55,355 nucleotides of DNA, filler included, from Sphacelaria rigidula (GCA_964200075.2; 5 parts of 5 records of this genome joined end to end with filler, not necessarily neighbours in it), one strand, 5' to 3'; positions 35,191 through 49,000 are shown, numbered from the whole stretch's first letter. Numbers and translations: made by a program. Notes: generated by a model from the letters alone, not told the origin.

Positions 35191-38100
35191 AGGGACGCCT
35201 GCAGGGGAAGGAGCTGCAGAGGTGGAGGGATCTCTCAAGGAGGAGAGGGTCGGTTTCCACCAGTAAGTTGTACGCAAAGCCCAGGAATGTCTCTACTAGT
35301 AAGGTACACCTCTCAAGTACGACAATCGAAGTATGATGTACATTTCATGCGTGTGACCGTGCTAGCACAGAGCAGTTAATACTTTTTTTTTTCACCTGTT
35401 GTGCACCTTCTGTCAGCTAAGTGGAGTTTACGGAGCTGCATGCCCCGAGAGACGAGGCCAGAGCAATAGGGGGTCGAGTGGTGGATCCCGATAAGCAAAA
35501 CTCGAAACGGTATTGGCAGGGCCCCTGTTGTAGGAATAGTGTAGCATTGATCAATGCATCAAAATGTCAACGCTTGGCTCGTCCAGCATGGGTCAAACCT
35601 ATGAAATTTGATGATCATACCTGTCTGGCCGTATTCGTGAGCAGTGGTGAAGCGTTTTATGTAATGATCGATGTAATCTTATCCTGACTCACCATATCTC
35701 TAAACAAGTACGCTAGCATTGATGACGTTGGCCAATACGAAACCATCCAGGTTGGTATTGTGTGCATGCGCACTTTATTTATTGCTTCACGGTTTGTTTC
35801 TCGCGATCGGGCGTTCTGCGGACTGGGCAGACCCGCAGGCGGTCCTGGAGACGATCATGCGGAAGGATCAGGAGATCAAGGACTTGCGAGACGAGGTCAC
35901 CAGGTTGACGGCGGAGGTACGTACGTGCTTTATTATCCTATACGTCACGTTTACCTCATGTCATGGCTTTGATTGATCGATTGATTGGCTCATTGAGTGA
36001 TGTCCCGGGCACACAAGGAGGACCCAGCCGTGGTCACAAGATAGATATACCTAAGGTGCCAAGGTGAAAAAAACGGGAGAGCTTGCTGAAGAGAAACAAA
36101 GCCAAAAAGAAAGGAAACTAAAAAGAACAGGGAAGAACCAGAAAAATAATGAGATCAGTAGGCAAGGGGGGTATACCCGGTGGTTCTAGGAACAAGAAAA
36201 AGTAGCGCACTTTCGGTTCTAGGCGAGGCGCTGCACGCGGGCTGAGCACCTCGAAAACACCTTTCGGCGCCTTAGCCCATTGCCCAATGTGCTCGAGCAG
36301 CATGCGAAAGTTTTTTTATATATGGCAACGGGCTTGAATAGCGCGCGGAGGCCATGCTGTTGGAGCACCCGATTTTGTTCACAAACCAGCAGGGTACACC
36401 CGACTCTCATCTGAATCGTCAGGTCATACCCGTTTTTGTCCATGCGCGTGCCCTTTTATGCTCATGTGCATGCCCCCTTTTTGCTCAAAGGTAAGTCTAG
36501 CGCGGGCTCCGCAGACAATATCCGGAACAGTCGCAACCATACCCTATTTGGTCACAAATGCCTCACACTACTCTGGGTTTGAAGCCTTGGATCAGCACTC
36601 CGGCAGTACGTCAACCGTCGACTTCGACCTCATATTTCCCCCGCATTTTTGACGTGTCGACTACGGGAAGCGAATTCCTGATATCAACAGCATTGTGGTG
36701 GCATTCATCTGTCGGGATTCGAACACAGAAAATCCCCTCCCAGGTCTTCTGACTATGACATGCATGACTATGAGTACACTCCCAAACTAGCGGTTGGTGT
36801 GCAGCATTCTGACGACCGAGGTGAAACCCGCATTTGGCTGTTTGCTGCTCGTGGTATCTGCGCATGCGCCAATTTGCTTTGTCCGCAGTAAACAGCTGCT
36901 CGCTTTTGTAGCCGAAGTCGTCATGCAGGACGCCTGCGAGTCTTGGATCATTAAAACGCTGCCCGAGACGGTCATCATCCATCGTCTATCCGTGAAGTAA
37001 TTTTTTCCGTGTATTATTTCATCTTTACGAGAGTCCTCTTCATACATACAGATCTACGGTCCAACCATGATTCATGGTAACACGGGATACATAGCACTTG
37101 CTGAGTTACGTGTTTTTTCGTCACTTGTAGAGTCGTACACGGTGTAAATATGTGTTATCCTCTAAGTCGCTTTACAGGATAAGGAGTAGGTGCAGTACGC
37201 GAGTAGTGAAATGAACCAGGGTCCAACTCATGGTCTCGTGGGGAGACGGTAGATGAAGTCATTCTCCAGCAGAGCTCGTGCCAGGAGAAGCTTATCCCTC
37301 ACCTCCTTTCTCGTGACGAGTCCGTGGTCTCAATAGATGAACTCATCTCTTCTCCGGTACATGCATCAACAGTTCTGTAACGCGGATCGGGTCAGCGCTT
37401 GTGCACCGCGTCGACGTGGATGGCGTTGTCTCAAGTTGCTGCAATATGGAAGGCTGCCAAAAAAAAAAAGTGTAGCCAAGCCGGCAAATATTTTTTTCAG
37501 GAGGACGTCGGAGACGCTCTCCTTTTTTGTCAAACATAGCAAGTACGCCTTTCGTGTACATTCGTTACACCACTCGAAATTGTTCCCACTGCTGACTATA
37601 TTTGGCGCCAACCCCCGGTTTATGTTATGTTCCACCTGCTGATGATGATGATGGCGACTACCGGCTCTGCACTGTTGGTGTGTGTAAACCCGGGGAACTT
37701 TCATGGAAATTGCAGAACAACAACCTGAAGACGGCGTCGGGCGGAGCCTCCACGACAAAAGGCGAGAGAATGGACTCAATTATTATTTTCATTTATTGCT
37801 GTGGCTCTGTAGAGAGTTTATTCGCTTGAGTAACCGAGAGCCACACTTGATTAATTGATTGTCGCACATTGGGTATTTCATTGACTAATCCCCGTGTGAT
37901 GCAGCCGTGATTGTGATTAGCAAGATCGTCGAAACCAAGGTGAAGATGAACCAAATGGAAACACTCGCTCGAGGAAAGTCGGGGGATGGAAAAGACAGAA
38001 ACATGGTGTGAGAGGAAATATTGCACACTCTGCACAGTATATGCTTAATAGATCCAATAGACAAGAAATGTGCTGGATAAAGTATGGGCCTATTGCGACT

Positions 38101-39405
38101 ATTGACGGCCGACAATAGTTGCGATAGCTTTATACTTTACCCAGTACACTTCATGTCTAGTGCATCTATTGACCCTATATTGTCAAGGGTGTGAAATATT
38201 GGCAATGGATGAGAAGTTTGTGTGGAGTGTTGCCAAAAAAACATCACTCCAGGCTTCTATCAGGGGGGGCGGGGGGTGGGGGCTTGATTCGATGGTGGGC
38301 AGTTGACAGGTTCGTATTGCGTACAACGAACGAAGGATCTCACCGAGGTGCTACCCTCGTCGGCAACTTGTCGCGCTTCTGTCACATGGTGTTCCGTGTC
38401 GCTGTTGATACTTGTAGGTTTATTGTGTGTCTTGATTTCGTGCCGTCTCGCGTTGTTGTTTTTGTGTGTTGGTGTGCTCCGTGTACTGCGTTGTACGAGT
38501 TGCCCTTCTCCCTCAACATGTTGTTCCGTTGTCATCTTCCACTGCAATAGCGACCCTGCTTCCAAGATTTTGTTGTCGCCCCTCATCCTCAGTGTAATGA
38601 AGTCATAATACCCGAATATATTGGAAATTACTGTGGGGCCAAGGGGATTTTCCCGGTCCTTTCGGCCGGATTTATTCGTTTTTGAAAAAAGTGAGCCTCG
38701 GTTTCTTGATTTCGAGCCATTCCACGGTAGGTATGAATGAGTTAAATTGTTACACGAACCAACAGCATTCATGGGCATCCTGTACAGTGACACTCCGAAG
38801 CATAGTACCGATGTGTCGCGAAATATTGACACGAAGGGCGAGTTTGGATACGATAGGTGGGCCCAGTTGAAGTATGTTCCTATCAAGCATCAGGCCCAAA
38901 CCTCGTATGGTTTCCCCTGGAACACCAAAGATGCCGATACAGAGGTCCAGCAATGTATCGGGTCCATCTGAATCGACAATTGCGTACTATGTTAACCCTG
39001 TTAGAACTCATTGACGATTTCTGTTTCGTGAATCGGCATCATTTTCAGTCATTTTCAAGTCAAAATGATGCCGATTCACAAGAATAAGAATCGTTGATGA
39101 GTTTCAAAAGGGTTGAGTACGTTTCCTTTCTGGACATAACCATACTTCGGGTGAGTCCCCCCACTGCCTCAAGCCGGCGCAACCTAATTGCAGGTAGGGT
39201 ATGCAAATAAGAGGGTGCAGGTCGCCAAAGCCTCCAAAACTAAATCCACGATAAACCCATTTTCAAATCGAACTACTGCACACACTAATAACGGTCAGTC
39301 GTATCCCACAGCAGTCCACAGCAGGGTAGGCAAGAAAGGATCTTGTCGTAGAGCAGGAGACCAAATTACGTCGGCGGCGATGAGCTCCCTGCCCGATATT
39401 GACGG
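35191..39405 (+). CDS. Probable internal exons of an unidentified coiled-coil protein: 35191-35262, 35831-35916, 37716-37761, 39357-39405
   Basis: Phase-consistent joins give EGRLQGKELQRWRDLSRRRGSVST|NPQAVLETIMRKDQEIKDLRDEVTRLTAE|NNNLKTASGGASTTK|GDQITSAAMSSLPDIDG. Donors are GTAAGT, GTACGT, a GC donor (GCGAGA) and GTCAGC. No family recognised, and the last two exons are tentative. Confidence 0.45.
38017..38200. mobile_element. ~184-bp palindromic MITE, copy 2
   Basis: Shares ATAAAGTATGGGCCTATTGCGACT and the AATATT termini with 34460-34643. Confidence 0.8.
38996..39112. mobile_element. Short palindromic MITE with piggyBac-like ends
   Basis: TTAA|CCCTGTTAGAAC...GTTTCAAAAGGG|TTGA; internal arms GTGAATCGGCATCATTTT / AAAATGATGCCGATTCAC. 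A related core occurs at ~29957-30010. Confidence 0.6.
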
Positions 39406-42400
39406 GTCAGCAATCGTCTTGTGTTCTTGGTCAACCAAGCACCGCGCATGCTCGATTGGATGGATGCTCTGAACACACCGACTGTATATGCATCAGCTGC
39501 TTGCTATTGCCGCTTGTTGTGCTGCTGTTGTACAAGACAACACGCTGTCTGTACACTGTGCAGGCTATCGAGGCGTCAGCACGAGTAGTAGGAGTGTTCC
39601 TCTATCGCAGTACTTGTCAACTGTACAGAGCACTACAACCCCTGTACAGTATGATGCTACTGCACTATTGTCGCCTGTTGTCGGCTACAGAGCGCACAGT
39701 CCACACAGCAGACAGCATACGTTACTTGCAGTACAATGGTGGTATGATTTCACAAGTCCACCCCCCTCCTTGCGTGTACATGGCCGTGTATCTTATAGTG
39801 CTCAAGTGTACCTGAGTATCCACCAACTTGTCGTTATCTGCCCGAATACACTGTTTTCCCGCGCATAGGCTGCGGCGGGTGTGGACGGTTGTGACTACGT
39901 AATCGCACACACACATGACAGGACGGCGTTTGAACACTCCATGACGCCGCAGCATCAACATTCTTTTTGTTTTTCGAGAAGTTGCCTTAAAGAAGTGCTT
40001 GAAAATATGACAATTCACTTGATGATTCCCGGTAATGTCGAGCAGAGAACTCATCGCCGCCGACGTTTGGTATCCCTCGATACGACGAAAAACAAGTCTC
40101 AGGTGTTACTGCCCTGCTGCGAGCTGCTGTGGAGTACGATTGTTGTTTCGTGTGTTCAGCGTCTGAAATTGGGTTTCTTACGGATTTCGCTCTGGAGGCG
40201 TCCGCGACCTGCACGCTCTTATTTGCATACCTCACCTTCAAATAGGTCGCGTCCCTCAAACAGCGTCGCAAACGTGACTGCCTCCGGGTTCTTCAACACT
40301 TGGTCGACCTCCTCCCTCCGTTCCGAGTTATGATTTCCTCTGTACTTGTGTTGGGCTTTATTGGGTAGCCACGTTTCCTCACGATTCCAACACCTCCGTG
40401 ACGATTTCCCCACTGTTGAAAAATAAATGCTTGCTATTCGTCGTAGTGGCTTATAGACCCGCCCCTGCTCGCTGCCATGGACGCACCTGTATCTGAGGCG
40501 TTCTGCTCAGTTGTTGTTTTGGTGCATAACACTGCGGGCACTGAGTGACGATAATTGTTTTCACTCGTCGGCTTGGCTTCGTGTCCTCAACAGCAGGATT
40601 CTTCAGCAGGAGGAGAGTATGAAAATATTCTGCCTGGGGTGGTTTGGCAGAATCCTGACTGACGGGTGTAGGCATTTCCATCAAATACTGCTCAGGATAC
40701 TGGACGGGCCGTGCTCAGGGACCGTTTAAGATGAGAACTTGCCACGTGGTTGTCAAGTAGGACGGCTAAGTTCTGACGGATATGTGATTCACGCATAATT
40801 ATGGTGGCGGCTTCGTCACGGACAACGTGAATCATTGCAGACATATCTCATGGCGTGTTGTGCAGGATGTCTGATGAATTTTGCTGAGGATCTATGATGG
40901 ATGATCCGTGCAAACTTTCTGAAGAACGTTGGATTTCGCGTATTTTATGTGAGATTTGTGGAGGAATATCTTACAGATTGTGAATATATGTTGCAAAATC
41001 AGTCCAGTTTCTTCCATCGCACGTGGGTGCAGTATGTGGATGTTGAAAATATTCGGCTGTATACTCGAGATGGTGTTGCATCGAAAAGTGGATATAGTGG
41101 GGGCCTGGACGGGTGGTGGAGACGGGAAATCCTGGGACAGCATGTTCAATTGAGCCGGAAATTGTTCAGCTTTTCTCGCAGTGACGCTTCACAAAAATGG
41201 TAGTAAATAAAGGTCGAGGGGGTGGGACAGGTCGCACAAAGAGTATCTCTACTCCTGTAAGGGGAAGGGTGGGTCAAATTAGCACGGATGGGGGATGAGG
41301 CGAGATCGCGAGAGGCAGGGGGAGAGGAGGAAGTGCTGGACCTTGGACGTGTGGCGCGCATGCCATCCAGCGCTGTGATCCATGGAACCCTTCCCCCACG
41401 AAATGTTTATTTGGACCCGGGTTATCGTTGCACTTCTCGCGTACCCACCCGCCGGTCCTGTAAAAAAGGCACTAATATATGTCACCTACTTCATGCAGCA
41501 CGCTGTTGGCCACGTATCCTTATAGGGAAGGGTATTTGTACCAGATGGAGCGGTCGGCGATAGTCGAGGCGGTAGGAGGCGCCAGGAGGATTAGTCGGTG
41601 TTGCCCCTTGCTCGTTCGGGCGTCTGGTATGATGAGAGCAGTCGGCGGTGCCATGTGATTCCAAAGTCCGTAGTAGTTGTCTACACGACCTTGTATCGGT
41701 CGGAAAATGGCCGTTCGAGTATTTTTCGTGTTTTTGTTTAACTTGTCGCAGACACGAGCGGGTGATAGGCATGCTGTGTTTTTTCGGAATCGTTTGCAAC
41801 AAAATTTACGCTCTCAGGTCTCGTTTTTGTTTCGTCTACCGCTCATTCAGGCCCTCTCTTCGTGTGGTGTACATCCTAGATTTGAGACTTTTGGCGCGGT
41901 TGCAGTCTTGCGCGTGTTGTGGACAGCAAGGTAGTGCGAGTCTTGTGTATCTGTGTCATATTTTGCTTTCTGTTGCGCTCACCACAGCTGTGTTCTTCGC
42001 TTGAGAGTTGCCAGCGGAGACTCTGCTGATCGCGTTCGTTGTACTGCCGCTGGCACGTGTAAGTATGTTCCGACTCGTTTTCTGTTTGCACTCACCACAG
42101 CTGTGTTCTTCGCCTGAGTGCTGCCAGCCAACATTCTGCCGATATCGTTCGTTGTACTACCGCTCGCATGAGCTTTCGAAGCGCGAAATGCGCGGTTTAT
42201 CTCACGGGCGCGTTGATGTCTAACGTTGGTTTTTCGGAAGGTTTTCTTCTGCGCCGCGGTTTGGCTAGTTGGCAGGACACCCCTCTGAATGAGTTGAAGA
42301 CGTCAAGTTACGCAGCCGGGATACACGCGATCGAGTACCATGGGTGGGCTTACCCATACAACACAACATGGGGGTTTTGCGTGGCATTATGTGTGTCATT

Positions 42401-43378
42401 GAGCATGATGATGCGGTGGGGAGTATCACGTGGTGGGCCCGGGTCGTGTCTATAGCAGACTTGATCGCCTTCCGAGTTAAGAACGGTGATGGCTGAAGCC
42501 AACCATTTAAATACGGTGTAGTAAGATATTTACAGTGTACAGTGCGGTAACTCGATCGCGTTGTTTTTTAGCTTCTATTACTGTAGAACGATTGTGATTG
42601 ATGACCTTGACTTTATTGGACGTCCGTGAACCAGGCATTTTTATCCTCGTTTCCACATCTTTAGTTCGAGTTTTCGGTGCGGGGTTGCCACTGTACCGCC
42701 GGAAGTCAGCGCTTTTATGGGGCTACGAGTCTGCGTGGCAATAAATGGTCTCGCTGGCATACGGGAAGACCTGAGGGGACGAGGCGAGCGTATTCATGCA
42801 GTAGATGGGCCTTTGATTAAGTCCCGATCTACCGTCCACGACCTTTTTTAATGTACGCTTGAATCATATTTTCTTCCCGCGGTGCTGTGTTCCGAACGCC
42901 ACGTGTTGGCACGACGCCAGCATGACCTTGTGCGGCTGTAGGTTTTGAGGGATTGGTCTTTCGCAGTGCGTGCCGTATCATTAGCGAAATTATGCCGGCA
43001 CGAACACGATCATCTTCGCCGTTTTACGCCCACTGGCCGTTGAATGAATGAAACGAGCATAATTTTCCAAGATTCCTAGGATAGGGTACGAAAAAAAGGA
43101 ATTCCCGATACTGAACGAGCTCTCCACGACGTACTGAGAATACTTGGAAAGTCCAGAGTACGCAGGGTATCGTACTCCATTTCAAGATACTTCGCAACTG
43201 CCAAGCATTATACTCTATCTTGAGCACCTGTGCAACTGCCAAGAGCAATATCTGACAATTGGACACCCTATACAGAACAATTTGTTTTCGAATCCAATTT
43301 TCAAATTGGTACTTGTCTCAGGCCATTTCACATTCGGCATTGGACTTCAGTGACAGAAAAGTGTTTCGTTTTTTTCAG

Positions 43379-43488
43379 AATGCATTTTCAGAATCAATTA
43401 GAACTTTTCAAAAACCAATCAGAACTTCCCAGAAACCAATAATAAGTTTTCGAAAACCAGTAAGAACTTTTCAAGAACCTGCCCAAAA
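43379..43488. repeat. Degenerate ~21-bp tandem repeat (AGAACTTTTCAAAAACCAAT-like)
   Basis: About five imperfect units visible. Confidence 0.6.
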
Positions 43489-43838
43489 CGTGACCCCTCT
43501 CACATGCTTGAGTTCCTGTTGTTGTTGAAAAACAGAAGTCCTACAGTTTATATAGTAGTACAGAGTAGATGCGCACAGCTATATCTCCCAGAACTTCGCC
43601 GAGTAAGCAAGCATGGACCCATCGGCGGGTAGTACGCACTAGTGCTGTCCAGCACGGTAGCTATTACTAGCAAGGTGCGTGGGTGTTGTCGCACGGTCGA
43701 AACGCTGACCTGTTGCAGGTTAAGGGCCACGCCCGGTGGCCCGTCTACGATGAAGAGCAGCAAGCAGCGGCACCAGCAACGGCTGATTCAGACCGACCCC
43801 CAGCCACGCACATTTATCGGCAATACATATGCTGCTGA

Positions 43839-43870
<32 letters not shown>

Positions 43871-44267
43871 ATGGTGCTCCTTCTCGTGCGGGAGGCGGTC
43901 CGCGTTTCGAAGTGCGACAATTCCCATGCACCTGTCACGTTATTGCCCCCTCCTTTTTGAAGATGACTCTGATCTGTTTCCGTGTTGTTACCCCTATAGC
44001 TTTTTCAGTACGACTATCACTTGTTTTCCCCTATACTGGACGCTGACTTTATTCCCATCACCAGCAGTAGCCACGCGTGCGAGACACACCCGAAGTGCAC
44101 AGCTCGCACAGAGAGATACCCACAGCTTTATCTCCCAGCACTTAGCCTAGTCGGGAAGCATAGAATCATCAGCGGGTAGTACGGACCAGCGCCTATTCCG
44201 TGGCCCGTGGCGAAGGATAGATAGTTTTGTCTTTTGTATTATTGGAGAGTGCCTAGACTGAGTTGAC

Positions 44268-44367
44268 NNNNNNNNNNNNNNNNNNNNNNNNNNNNNNNNN
44301 NNNNNNNNNNNTTAATTAATTAANNNNNNNNNNNNNNNNNNNNNNNNNNNNNNNNNNNNNNNNNNNN
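44268..44367. other. Artificial contig linker
   Basis: 44N-TTAATTAATTAA-44N. Confidence 0.97.
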
Positions 44368-45950
44368 TGTATTCTAGCGCCTTGTCTATCTGTGTCTGTA
44401 ATCCTTCTGGTGTTTCTAAAATCCCCACAAAATCATCCGCAAACTTCAATCCTGATACCATATCTTCACCAACTTTGACCCCTTGCTTCGCTGCTGCCAT
44501 AAATAATATCAAGTTCTTGATAAATACCTTGAATGAAGGGGTGATAACGTACACCCTTGTGCAACTCCTTCTAAAATATGTAACATTTTCGATAGTTCCC
44601 CGTCTAGCATCATGGCACTTTTGGCACATTTTGTCATCTTCTTCACCATTCTCCACATCTTTCCTCCGATCCCAGCTTCCCACAGCTTTTTCCACAGTCC
44701 ATTTTTCCATGCTGTGTCATAAGCTTTTTGCACGTCCAGAAAGAAACAGTACGTTGTCAGCCCGGTGTCTTTCCTACCTTGAATAATCTTACTTAGTGTG
44801 TACACATGGTATACGCAACCACGGTTTGGTCTAAATCATGCTTGTGCCTCGCTGATTTTGTCTTTCTTTTCTGGCATCGTTCCTACTCTATCGTTCAGAA
44901 TCTTACAGGATGCGTTTCCCACCGTGCTCAGTAGCGTTATCCCTATGTAGGGTTAGCCGTGTCTCATTTTGTGCAAAGATTGACAACTACTCCTTCTCTC
45001 CACCTCTTGGGTGTGTACTCGTTTTCCCAGATCCAGTTACACAGCATAAACATCATGGTCATCATTCCTTCTCCCCCGTACTTTAGAAATACATTCACTA
45101 TTCTGTCTGCCCCTTCTGCCTTTCTGTTCTTGAGTTTAGCTACACACTCATTTACTTCATCTCTGGTAAACTCTCTCTGCAATCCTTTCTAGCCTCTATC
45201 CTCCCGTTTTGACGTCTCTACATTTGCCTCTGCCCACTCGTTGATTTCTTTTTCGAATTCCCTGTCGAACTCCGTGGTTGCTTCTGGTGTTCCTAGTTTA
45301 CGGTAATGCTCGACCGGCACTTCTCTCTTTCCCTTCGGTTTACTCACAATTTTACCGTTCTATGCCTGGAGTGTAGCTATCCTCTTGTCCCTCTTTCCTG
45401 CCTGGTTTCTCGTTATCCCTTCTGTCCCTACCCACATTTATTTTATCCCGCCGTCGAAATCTTCATTTGTTTTTCTCACTACACCTTCCCAAACTTCCTT
45501 CTTTTTCTTCTGTGCCGTCGTTTTTACTTTCTTTCAAACTTCAGTATACTCCTTCCATCCTGCCGTAGTTTTGTTCGGCATCAACCTCGCGTGGGCCGTC
45601 TCCTTACTCTGATAACCTCTTTCACTTCCTCATCCCACCAGTTTACCGCTCTGTTGCATACGATCAGTGTCCTCCCTATGACTTTACTCGCTGTGTTGTT
45701 GACCATCTACTCCCATCCTTCTTCGACCTTCGCTCCTGCCCGATTTCTTTCCATTTCGATATCAACTGTACCTACGCGTTCCAACAGCTCGGGAAATTCA
45801 CTGCATTTTTGGCCATCTCTTCTCGGAACTCTTGCTGTTTTCCTTCCATTTCTAGTTTATCGAGTCTCCATTTGCACATCTTCCTATCCCGCCTATTTCT
45901 TTCAGCTCTCATATGTTGGCTTTCTGTCCATATTTGGCGATGATATGTTC
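44368..45950 (-). mobile_element. Degenerate non-LTR retrotransposon (LINE) reverse transcriptase region, apparently 5'-truncated and cut by the contig end
   Basis: Frameshifted peptides EFTRDEVNECVAKLKNRKAEGADRI, WREGVVVNL, FFLDVQKAYDTAW, GVAQGCTLSP and LKFADDFVG, which are typical LINE RT motifs. Confidence 0.92.
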
Positions 45951-46037
45951 TTCCCGCGTCCTCCGCGCAGGAGGCGGGGGGAGGGGGAACTGAGAGAAAA
46001 CAATCATTCAAGTATACACCGTGGTGCGATTGGGTAC

Positions 46038-49000
46038 CTGCTCGACGCACTGCTCTCTCCTTTCCGGCTTCCTCTCCGTTTCCCGTGTCGATTGCGATGA
46101 CTCGTGCCGTCTACTGAACCCTTGTCTTCGTAGCTTGAGTCGCTGATCCCGCCCCGTCGCCGATATCCGCGTGCGTTTTGTCTGCCGCCGTCTGACGATG
46201 GCCTACCGCTAGACCTCTCCCTTCGTCCACTTGCATCGTCACGCCGCGTGGGTGACACCGACCGACTCCTTCGATTTCTGCTCGAAGAGTCACCGCGTAC
46301 AATCCTCTTCTTACTAGCAGCCGACGAACCTTCACGACCATTTTCTATTCCATCATATTTGTCCCGGTCCATCCCTTTTCTCTTCCGTCCCCTTTGGTCA
46401 TGACCGCTGGAGCTAGTATCCCCATCCTCACTGTCGGAGCTACTCAGGTCGCCCTCGTCATTCTCGCGCCCGGTGAGACTGTCGTCATCGTTACGCCCCT
46501 TGCGACCACGAGCGTTTCTTCGTCGCCTTCGGCCGCCAGCATTGCAACTTCGACGAGAATCGTGGCGAAGGTAAGCATCTGCGTCGACCTCGCGTCCGGT
46601 ACCATAGATATGAGGACTAGAGGGTGCGAATCCTGCAACGTGCGCTCCGGAATTATGCAGTCCGAGAGCGGCCATTGATCTCAGAAACTCGAAGAATGTA
46701 ACCTACAAATACGCGAAAGAGACACAGGCGTCCTGATATCGATGAAAGAAAATGTTCTCGCCACCGCGTCGCTCAAACAGCTTCCCGCCGAGGGTACGGC
46801 GTGCGAGCTATTGTCACAGTCGGTGCTCGTTGTAAGTCCTGTTCAACAAAAGCACTATGCTATATGCTGAGATGTGCCATCGCAGCACGTACAGTAGACC
46901 TGGGCGAATGCATGGCACGAACCCTTTTGATAACCGTATACAATAATATCCCGTGATGCTTCTTGCTTTTTGAGCGATCTACCCAAAAATATGCTGCAGG
47001 CCTACCGTGCCTCTCGCTTCGTAGTTTTCACTTACCTCTCTTCGTAAACCAAAGAAACGGCGAGACCGGAGGTATCTTCCCGCGTGGGACCGAGGAGCTG
47101 TGCAGCCAGTCTCTGTGAGTGCCTGCAGAGCCTCGTTAGCAGTCAGCATTCCGTCAACAGCAAAGCGATCGAAAACGCGCTTGACCTCCGCTAGTTTCTT
47201 CACAGATCGGAGGGCCTCGAATGTCTGCCCATCGCTGTCACCGACTTCGAAATCGTTGTTGTTGCCTGTCGCCACCCCCCGACGCGACTGCGTATCTCGT
47301 ACAGGTTTAGTAACACGGGAGGAAAACTCTTAGGAGCACAGCATGGAAATAGTATGCATCAAAGGCGCTTCGCATCAGACATTCTAGCAGGTAGTGTGCT
47401 AAATATTCGGATTTTTTCTAGACGTTAGGTGGCTAGCTGATTTCATCATGTGCTCCCCAGGTGTACGTTCGCAGCTACCAGGGTTTCTTCTCCCCTCCAT
47501 CGAGACAGAACCATGGTAAATATTCCGGATACCTCTCACCTTACGGGATGATATGCCCCTCTCTTTAGGCCCTTCCATAGCGTCGCTGTCAGAACTGCTC
47601 GCCGCCCAAAAGCCCTGTTCGTCAGCACCAGACTTACGTTGACCATCTCGTGATGACTTACTGCCACCGCGTGACGTCCTTTCGTTGAGACGTACATGGC
47701 CAGAATCTGTGACCTTCACGCCCCCTGCTTCTTGGGTCTGCGCGTTGTTTTCTTGTCCAAGATATACATCTGGGTCATCGTCAACAAAGATTGCAGAGTA
47801 GCTGCAGCAGGTGCACGACGGAAAGCAGAGCGCGTGCGGGCAGTTGGCACCGGTAGAGGAGATCATTTGTGTTTTGTTTTTACTGGTAATATGGCCGATA
47901 CGCTTCACTACCACGACGAACTGCATGTACCACCGGCTTGACGCAGTACCCATTCACGAGCAAAAACGCGAGGTGCATGTCGTGCGATGCACCACTCGGA
48001 TTCTCCACCGATAAACGATGGGCTCCGTAGATAGCTATCGATAATGTGATTCAATCTATTTCCCACTGTTCTGCACTGTGCCTAACTTGGAGCCTTGCAC
48101 TATCGTGCAACCTACGTATGGGATATCACGTTTATTCGTCACATCCATCTCGGATATCAACGTCCATTTGTGATGATCATCTGGCATATGGACGTCCCTC
48201 TGGGACATCCACCTAAGATATCATATCCATCTAGGATGTTCATATGGGAGATCCATCCGGGAGATCCATAACCATATAGACGTCCATATTCCAGATGGAT
48301 ATTGTAAGCTAATGCAAGAACGTGCGTCACTCACGCTGTTGTGAAGTCCACAAATGAGATTCCACTCTTGTTCTTCTCCATGTCAACCAGCCACGACGCG
48401 CAAGCTTCCGCTGTCACGTCGCGACCTATATACTTCAAGGCAGCGCGAGCGTCAGCAGCCGAAAGATTCCCCGTGTTCCTTCGATCGAAGCGGTCGAACA
48501 CCACCTATTGTGTACATAGAGATGGGAAGGCGCCTAGGGGTTATCGCTGCAAGGGCAAGATGGCGGCTCAGCGACTCGGTCTGCAGCATGAATGAGCACG
48601 TACAATCAAACACGATTTTACTTCAGCGGCTTCGCCTCTAGCACAACTGGTTACATGCAGTCTGGCACTCTTGTGACGTAGCGTAACAATACTGCAATAC
48701 GCGACGGCTGGTTTCCCGCATGATCTAGAGTTTTTTGCAGTCACACTGCCTCCCCGGGACTGCACAAAGCTTGTGCGAGCTTCACGCCAGACCGTGAAAA
48801 AGGACTTGACTTGAACGGAAAGTTTTAGTTACGTCCCATGATATACGTCCATGACTGCCCCATCCTAACGTCTTGCAAATGAGCAGTGATTCTCGCCGAG
48901 GCAACCCAACCGCCTTGTTCTTCCAAGGAAACATGTACCGTTCGCTTCCATACTATCGTGTTTGTCGACGCAACGCATCGAAAACCACACGATGTTCTGT

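Noticed and set aside
35719-35830. Apparent signal-anchor N-terminus (LVLCACALYLLLHGLFL) of ORF 35719-35976
   Set aside because: Better explained as T-rich intron sequence upstream of the phase-compatible acceptor at 35830.
40240-41700. Possible decayed retroelement coding region on the minus strand
   Set aside because: Composition is suggestive, but no convincing RT, integrase or endonuclease motif could be read.
45306-46100. 264-aa hydrophobic plus-strand ORF
   Set aside because: Antisense of the purine-rich LINE coding strand; compositional artefact.
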